A stretch of DNA of 50,299 nucleotides from Patescibacteria group bacterium. GTDB taxonomy: Bacteria > Patescibacteriota > Patescibacteriia > Magasanikbacterales > UBA922. Positions within the stretch are counted from its first letter, which is position 1; each line of letters begins with the position of its first letter. Below are positions 45,358 through 50,299 of this stretch, in pieces. Location of the stretch: NCBI GenBank assembly GCA_018823045.1, contig JAHJIX010000017.1, positions 1 to 50,299 on the forward strand, written 5' to 3'. Position numbers and translations under genes: made by a program. The notes under the pieces were generated by a model. The model was not told where the DNA came from and did no database searches. It was given only the letters and a program-made list of their open reading frames with translations.

Positions 45358-48300
45358 TTATTCCACCACAACTCTCCCCTTGCCAAACAGATCTTCAATC
45401 GCTTGTTCAACAACATCACCCCACTCAACCAAAAAATCAGTCTTAATGATGTTGGCGCCAATACAAATATAGGCACGGTGTCCACCAGGATGCGCAGCAA
45501 AGAGCGATTTTAAGGCCCCGCTGTGCTCTTCGGCTTCTTCTTGAGAAATAGTGAGAGAAAACATTGCTTCTTTTTTAAATGCAAGCCCGAGCCCGCCTGT
45601 TTCTGTTTTTTCTTTCTTTTTTACAGTACTATTTCCTAAAGAAACTTGCTTTGCAATTAATGATGCATTTTGTTTATCGAGTAAATACACATTTTCTGGA
45701 AACACTTTATTTTCTCCATCTTCACGCGGTGTTTTTCCGACAATACACAACAAATTTCCTTCTTGCCAAAATGATTGTGTTTTTTTATATACTTTTGGAA
45801 ATACTAATAACTCCATAACACAAGTCGTATCTTGTATGGTCACAAATAACATAACATCTCCTCGCTTAGTAATTTTCTTTTGCACTTTGTCAACAATACC
45901 TCCAACAACTGCCCAAGTATCTCTTGGAGCATGTTCAATATCTTCAAGAGGCGTTAACACCTCTTTCATTTTTTCTTGATAATACACAAAAGGATGAGAA
46001 GAAATGTACAAGCCAAGTAATTTTTTTTCCCACAATAATTTTTGATCCATCGTTGCCAAGTCAGCTTTTTTAAGGACAACTTTACTATCTAATGCAATAT
46101 CAGTCCCAGCAAACAATGATCCTTGATTACTACTTTGTTTTTCTTTAATTTGTTTCACGAAAAATAACATATTTTCCATGTTTAAAATTAAAGATCCTCG
46201 ATCAATACCAAAACAATCAAGTGCCCCGGCTTCGGCCAAACTTTGAAGTGACTTTTTATTCAAATCTTTATCCACCGCACGCGTGAGAAAATCTTCGAGA
46301 TCTTTATACTGTCCATGTGCCTTTCTTTCACGATAAATAACATCACAAATATGAGAACCCACATTTTTAATAGCAGTTAAGCCAAACCGAATTCTCCCAG
46401 GCTCTCCCGCTTTTGACACCATGGCAAAGTTTTTAAAACTTTCATTTACATCTGGTGGAAGGACATCAATATTCATACGTCGACACTCTCCAACAATCGC
46501 TGCCACTTTATCTGTATCACCAAACTCAGCTTGTAAAATAGCCGTCATATACTGCACAGGATAATTAGCCTTCATATAGGCAGTTTGATATGCCACCATA
46601 CCATAACTTGCACTATGTGATTTATTAAAGGCGTATGTCGCAAATGGTTTAATATTTTCCCACAAATCATGCACGGTTTCTTTTGGAATATTATTGGCAA
46701 CACACCCATCTTTAAATTTCTTTTCTTGTTCATCCATGAGCTCTGGGATTTTCTTTCCCATGGCTTTTCTAAATTTATCCGCTTCTAACCAATTATATCC
46801 GGCGAGTTTGATCGCCGTTAACATGACATCATCTTGATAAATCAACAGACCAAGTGACTTTTCTAAAATTTCTTCTAAATCTTTATGAGGATAGGTAATT
46901 GTTTCTGGATGATGTTTGCGTCGAATATATTCAGGAATGAAGTCCATTGGCCCTGGTCGATAAAGTGCCACCATCGCCATGATATCTTCAATTGTTGTCG
47001 GACGCAACTCTTTAATCCACCGAATCATGCCTGAACTACCAAATTGAAAGACTCCCATGGTTTCTCCACGAGAAATCATGTCAAAAGTTTTTTTGTCTTC
47101 AAGTGGTAGATTATAAATATCAACATCATCACCAGTCGTTGCTTTTACAATTGTCATTGCATTTCCTAAAATAGACAAGTTCCGAATACCTAAGAAATCA
47201 TTTTTTAACACTCCTGCAGCCTCAATATCATGCATGTCATACTGAGTCAAAATTCTATCTCCCCCAGTTTCACGCTGAATGGGTGAATAATCTGTCAATG
47301 GCGTTGGAGAAATAACAACCCCTGCAGCATGAATAGACGTATGACGGTTACACCCTTCTACTTGTTGCGCTAAATCAAGTAAACTTTTCACTTCTTCATT
47401 TGTCTCATACAGTCGTTTTAAATCAGGCTCTTCATGTAACGCTTTTTCAATCGTCATTGGTGCACCTTGTGCTCCTTGTGGAATTAATTTTGCGACTTGA
47501 TCACAAAAACTATATGAACACCCCATTGCACGCCCAACATCACGTACACTTGCACGCGCTGCCATCGTTCCAAAGGTAATAATTTGAGCAACCTTGTCTG
47601 TCCCATATTTTTTTGTGACATACTCAATCATTTCATCACGCCGATCATCAGCAAAATCAGTATCGACATCAGGAGCAGACGGACGAAATGGATTAAGAAA
47701 ACGCTCAAATGGTAATTTAAAACGAATAGGATCAACGGTGGTAATTCCAATGACATATGAAACCAAAGAACCCGCTGCTGACCCACGAGTAGACTCTACA
47801 ATCCCTTGCGATTTTGCATAACGCACATAATCTGCCACACATAAAAAGTATGGTGCATAGCCTTTTGTTTTAATAATATCAAGCTCGTATTCAATCCGAT
47901 CAGTAATTTCTTTTGTGATTTCTTTATAAAATTTTGGTGCACATGCATATGCATCATCACGCAAAACATCATCATAGGTTTTGCCTGGTGGCAACTCTAC
48001 TGGCGCAAAATGCCACACACCCAATGGAATTTCTACATCAATTCGCTCTGCAATCTTGACAGTATTTTCAAGCGCCTCTGGAATATGACGAAAACGAGAC
48101 GCGATATCGTCTGCCGTATTGAGTGAACGATCGACTTGACGAAAATCTTCTCGATCAGTATATGATACCTTCCAACCATTTGAAATACAACGCAAAATAT
48201 CTTGCGCATCAGTATCTTCAGGATTTAAATAATGCACATCCCGACTCACCACAAGTGGAATACCTGTATCTTTTGATAACTCAATTAATCTTGTATTCAC

Positions 48301-48858
48301 CATGACTTGCCCTGAAATTGCGGGGTGATCTTGTAATTCTAAATAAAAATATTCTGCACCAAATATTTCTCGCATGAGAAGCGCCTCTTTTTTTGCTTCT
48401 TCATATTTATCTTTTAACAAATACTGTGAAATACGACCATCAATTGTCCCTGAAAGCGCAATCACCCCTTTTGCATGTTTTTGTAATAATTCATTATCTA
48501 CTCGTGGCTTGTCTAAAAAAAATCCTTCTAAATGCCCAGTAGAAGACATTTCCATCAAATTTCGGTACCCTTCATAATTTTCAGCAAGAAGCGTCAACCG
48601 ATATATTTGTTTATCAAGCTCAGTGTCTTTATCATGCCGAGTTCTGGCAGCAACAAAAGCATCAAAACCAATAATTGGCTTGATGTCTTCGGCTTTACAG
48701 GCGTTATAAAATTTAATTGCACCGTACATTCCCCCGTAATCTGTCAGTGCCAATGCCTTAAACCCTCGTTTTTTTGCCGCTTTTACTAGAGGTTTAATCT
48801 TTGACAATCCATTTAAAAAAGAAAAATGGGAATGAACATGTAGATGGACAAAATTCAT
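45358..48858 (-). CDS. dnaE: DNA polymerase III subunit alpha
   Basis: PHP domain HLHVHS, RGSAAGSLV, PDVDTD, KNDFLG, AFNKSHS, OB fold; uninterrupted 1166 aa. Confidence 0.98.
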   Translation of the reverse strand: MNFVHLHVHSHFSFLNGLSKIKPLVKAAKKRGFKALALTDYGGMYGAIKFYNACKAEDIKPIIGFDAFVAARTRHDKDTELDKQIYRLTLLAENYEGYRNLMEMSSTGHLEGFFLDKPRVDNELLQKHAKGVIALSGTIDGRISQYLLKDKYEEAKKEALLMREIFGAEYFYLELQDHPAISGQVMVNTRLIELSKDTGIPLVVSRDVHYLNPEDTDAQDILRCISNGWKVSYTDREDFRQVDRSLNTADDIASRFRHIPEALENTVKIAERIDVEIPLGVWHFAPVELPPGKTYDDVLRDDAYACAPKFYKEITKEITDRIEYELDIIKTKGYAPYFLCVADYVRYAKSQGIVESTRGSAAGSLVSYVIGITTVDPIRFKLPFERFLNPFRPSAPDVDTDFADDRRDEMIEYVTKKYGTDKVAQIITFGTMAARASVRDVGRAMGCSYSFCDQVAKLIPQGAQGAPMTIEKALHEEPDLKRLYETNEEVKSLLDLAQQVEGCNRHTSIHAAGVVISPTPLTDYSPIQRETGGDRILTQYDMHDIEAAGVLKNDFLGIRNLSILGNAMTIVKATTGDDVDIYNLPLEDKKTFDMISRGETMGVFQFGSSGMIRWIKELRPTTIEDIMAMVALYRPGPMDFIPEYIRRKHHPETITYPHKDLEEILEKSLGLLIYQDDVMLTAIKLAGYNWLEADKFRKAMGKKIPELMDEQEKKFKDGCVANNIPKETVHDLWENIKPFATYAFNKSHSASYGMVAYQTAYMKANYPVQYMTAILQAEFGDTDKVAAIVGECRRMNIDVLPPDVNESFKNFAMVSKAGEPGRIRFGLTAIKNVGSHICDVIYRERKAHGQYKDLEDFLTRAVDKDLNKKSLQSLAEAGALDCFGIDRGSLILNMENMLFFVKQIKEKQSSNQGSLFAGTDIALDSKVVLKKADLATMDQKLLWEKKLLGLYISSHPFVYYQEKMKEVLTPLEDIEHAPRDTWAVVGGIVDKVQKKITKRGDVMLFVTIQDTTCVMELLVFPKVYKKTQSFWQEGNLLCIVGKTPREDGENKVFPENVYLLDKQNASLIAKQVSLGNSTVKKKEKTETGGLGLAFKKEAMFSLTISQEEAEEHSGALKSLFAAHPGGHRAYICIGANIIKTDFLVEWGDVVEQAIEDLFGKGRVVVE

Positions 48859-48920
48859 AATCGTATCGTTTCTGAGTCTATAATAGCGTAAAATACGCTG
48901 AATGACAAGGGTACAATGTT

Positions 48921-49362
48921 CCTCCCCTATGAGGGGAGGTTAGGTGGGGTCCTTCGAAGAAAATATATGAACAATCTGCCACAATTGTTCTAATACTATA
49001 TCGAGTTCATTCAAAATTTGTTCATTTCTATATCTAACAATAGTATATCCTTGTTCTTCTAAATATGTTTGTCTTTCGATATCTTTTAATCTTTGTTTAT
49101 TTTCTCCATGAATATTTCCATCTATTTCTAAAATCAATCTTAATTCATGACAATAAAAATCTACAATATAATAATCAATATTATATTGTCTTCTAAATTT
49201 TATTCCTAATTGTTTCCCTCGTAATTCCTGCCAAAGAATCTGTTCTGACTTCGTTGCTTGTTTACGAAGTAACTTTCTTCTTTCTCTTGTTGATGATTGA
49301 TTTTGATAATATAACTTATTTTCCATAGATGAACCCCCTCTAACTCCCCCTCATAGGGGGAG
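48921..49362 (-). mobile_element. loaded REP-flanked element carrying a DUF559 endonuclease gene, copy D
   Basis: Ends at 49331-49362 and 48921-48951 differ from copies A-C by 2 nt and 1 nt and enclose one ORF. Confidence 0.85.
48940..49326 (-). CDS. DUF559 / very-short-patch-repair (Vsr-like) endonuclease
   Basis: LRKQAT.SE.ILWQELR, KFRRQY, YIVDFYC, ILEIDGNIH, GYTIVRYRN. Confidence 0.92.
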   Translation of the reverse strand: MENKLYYQNQSSTRERRKLLRKQATKSEQILWQELRGKQLGIKFRRQYNIDYYIVDFYCHELRLILEIDGNIHGENKQRLKDIERQTYLEEQGYTIVRYRNEQILNELDIVLEQLWQIVHIFSSKDPT

Positions 49363-49440
49363 AATAAATCATTATATTTAGTATATCATAAAAAATACAT
49401 TCCCATTGAAACATACTCATTTTTAGGGTATGATACCTCT

Positions 49441-50299
49441 ATGGCTTTTGATAGAATAAACAAATTAAAAAAGAACAAAATAAAACTTTTTTGGATCAGA
49501 GCACTCATGAATGTAAAGATGCTCAATATTGTGATGTCTATTTTTTATGTTCATCGTGGAATTCAACTGCATGAGATATTTTATCTCTCTATTATTTGGG
49601 GTGCAACAAACTTACTGACAGAAATTCCCTCAAGCTACATGGCAGACCAATGGGGTAGAAAAAAAACAATTCTCCTTGGGATCATTGGCATACTCATGTA
49701 CTGGATATTTTATTTCTTTGCTGATTCATTTTTTCTTTTTGCCGTTGGAACAATCTGGTATGCCCTTTCATTTTCAATGATCTCAGGAACTGACCAGGCA
49801 CTACTTTATGATAGTGAGAGAGAATTGAAACAGACAAAACAATCACTCAAGACCTTTGGCACATTTAGTGCTGCAAGCAATATCTTTAAAGTCTTTGCGA
49901 CCCTTATTGGTGTCATTATTGCCAAAGATCTTATTGAATCTCAATTTCAAATACTCATAAGTATTGATGTTATTGTTACTGTTGCTGCATTAGGTCTTGG
50001 ATACACTCTTGTTGAAGCAAATCACAAAATCGATGTAGAGAAAATTGAATCAGGAGTAATGATCGATGCAATAAACTTACTCAAAAAAAACAAACTCCTC
50101 TTGCGCGCAATACTTGGTCGTGTCATTCTTTTTACAGGAAGTTTAGTTCTCTTTCATTATTATCAAGTCTTTTTTGTTGGTATGGGCTTACCGCTTCTTG
50201 CGCTTGGAATCGGATTTTCTCTTATGCATGCATCTGCAGGACTCTTTAAGCATTATGGTCTCAAATATATTCCAAAAAAACGCGTCCGTTTTTGGATTG
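49441..50299 (+). CDS. MFS transporter (partial, runs off the window end)
   Basis: Read by hand from ATG 49441: MAFDRINKLKKNKIKLFWIRALMN...EIPSSYMADQWGRKKTILLG (MFS motif A). Confidence 0.85.
   Translation, partial: MAFDRINKLKKNKIKLFWIRALMNVKMLNIVMSIFYVHRGIQLHEIFYLSIIWGATNLLTEIPSSYMADQWGRKKTILLGIIGILMYWIFYFFADSFFLFAVGTIWYALSFSMISGTDQALLYDSERELKQTKQSLKTFGTFSAASNIFKVFATLIGVIIAKDLIESQFQILISIDVIVTVAALGLGYTLVEANHKIDVEKIESGVMIDAINLLKKNKLLLRAILGRVILFTGSLVLFHYYQVFFVGMGLPLLALGIGFSLMHASAGLFKHYGLKYIPKKRVRFWI

Noticed and set aside
177-48789. Numerous short antisense or overlapping ORFs in the track (e.g. 177-425, 14534-14803, 21863-22339, 32193-32675, 45551-45979)
   Set aside because: They overlap well-supported genes or structured gaps on the other strand or frame and carry no recognisable motifs; shadow ORFs.
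45358-48858. Intein or intron in dnaE (also checked clpB, recQ, gltX)
   Set aside because: Lengths are ordinary and frames are continuous, with no splice or homing-endonuclease motifs.
11683-49362. CRISPR array interpretation of the GC-rich repeats
   Set aside because: Copies are dispersed inverted pairs, not tandem direct repeats with regular spacers, and no cas genes are present.
1-50299. Alternative genetic code 25 (TGA=Gly), prophage, retron or DGR
   Set aside because: Long genes translate intact in code 11; no phage structural, integrase or reverse transcriptase genes were seen.

Overview
AT-rich bacterial chromosomal window, genetic code 11, most genes on the minus strand. The gene set (short tsaB, wHTH-nucleotidyltransferase protein, TrmB-family expansion, many tightly packed small hypotheticals) suggests Patescibacteria/CPR; this is inference. 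Core genes: gltX, a TrmH-family methyltransferase, clpB (with a CIRCE operator), an Rrf2-iscS-iscU/nifU-DUF59-ferredoxin Fe-S cluster with a divergent FNR-like reductase, type II glutamine synthetase, a Pif1-like helicase, recQ, tsaB, tsaD, tRNA-Glu(TTC), udk, dnaE and a partial MFS transporter. The most notable signal is a REP/REPIN-like element family whose cargo is a DUF559 (Vsr-like PD-(D/E)xK) endonuclease rather than an HUH/RAYT transposase. One 442-bp loaded copy (48921-49362) has a stop codon inside one terminal hairpin repeat and an SD-like tract in the other. Three empty 114-115-bp copies (11683-11796, 16281-16395, 43964-44078) have 100% identical 31-bp ends around diverged spacers. 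Other highlights: two accessory genes each followed by a relic duplicate of a housekeeping gene's 3' end (gltX, trmH-like); a TrmB island with four tandem regulators, a repeated operator-like motif, lipoprotein genes sharing a 51-bp structured leader, and a deletion junction truncating an M23 peptidase and a fifth TrmB; an archaeal-type purine PRTase fused to a RibD-like deaminase; two candidate small-ORF/sRNA units; and several further palindromic repeat families. All product calls come from motif recognition by eye; no database searches were run.
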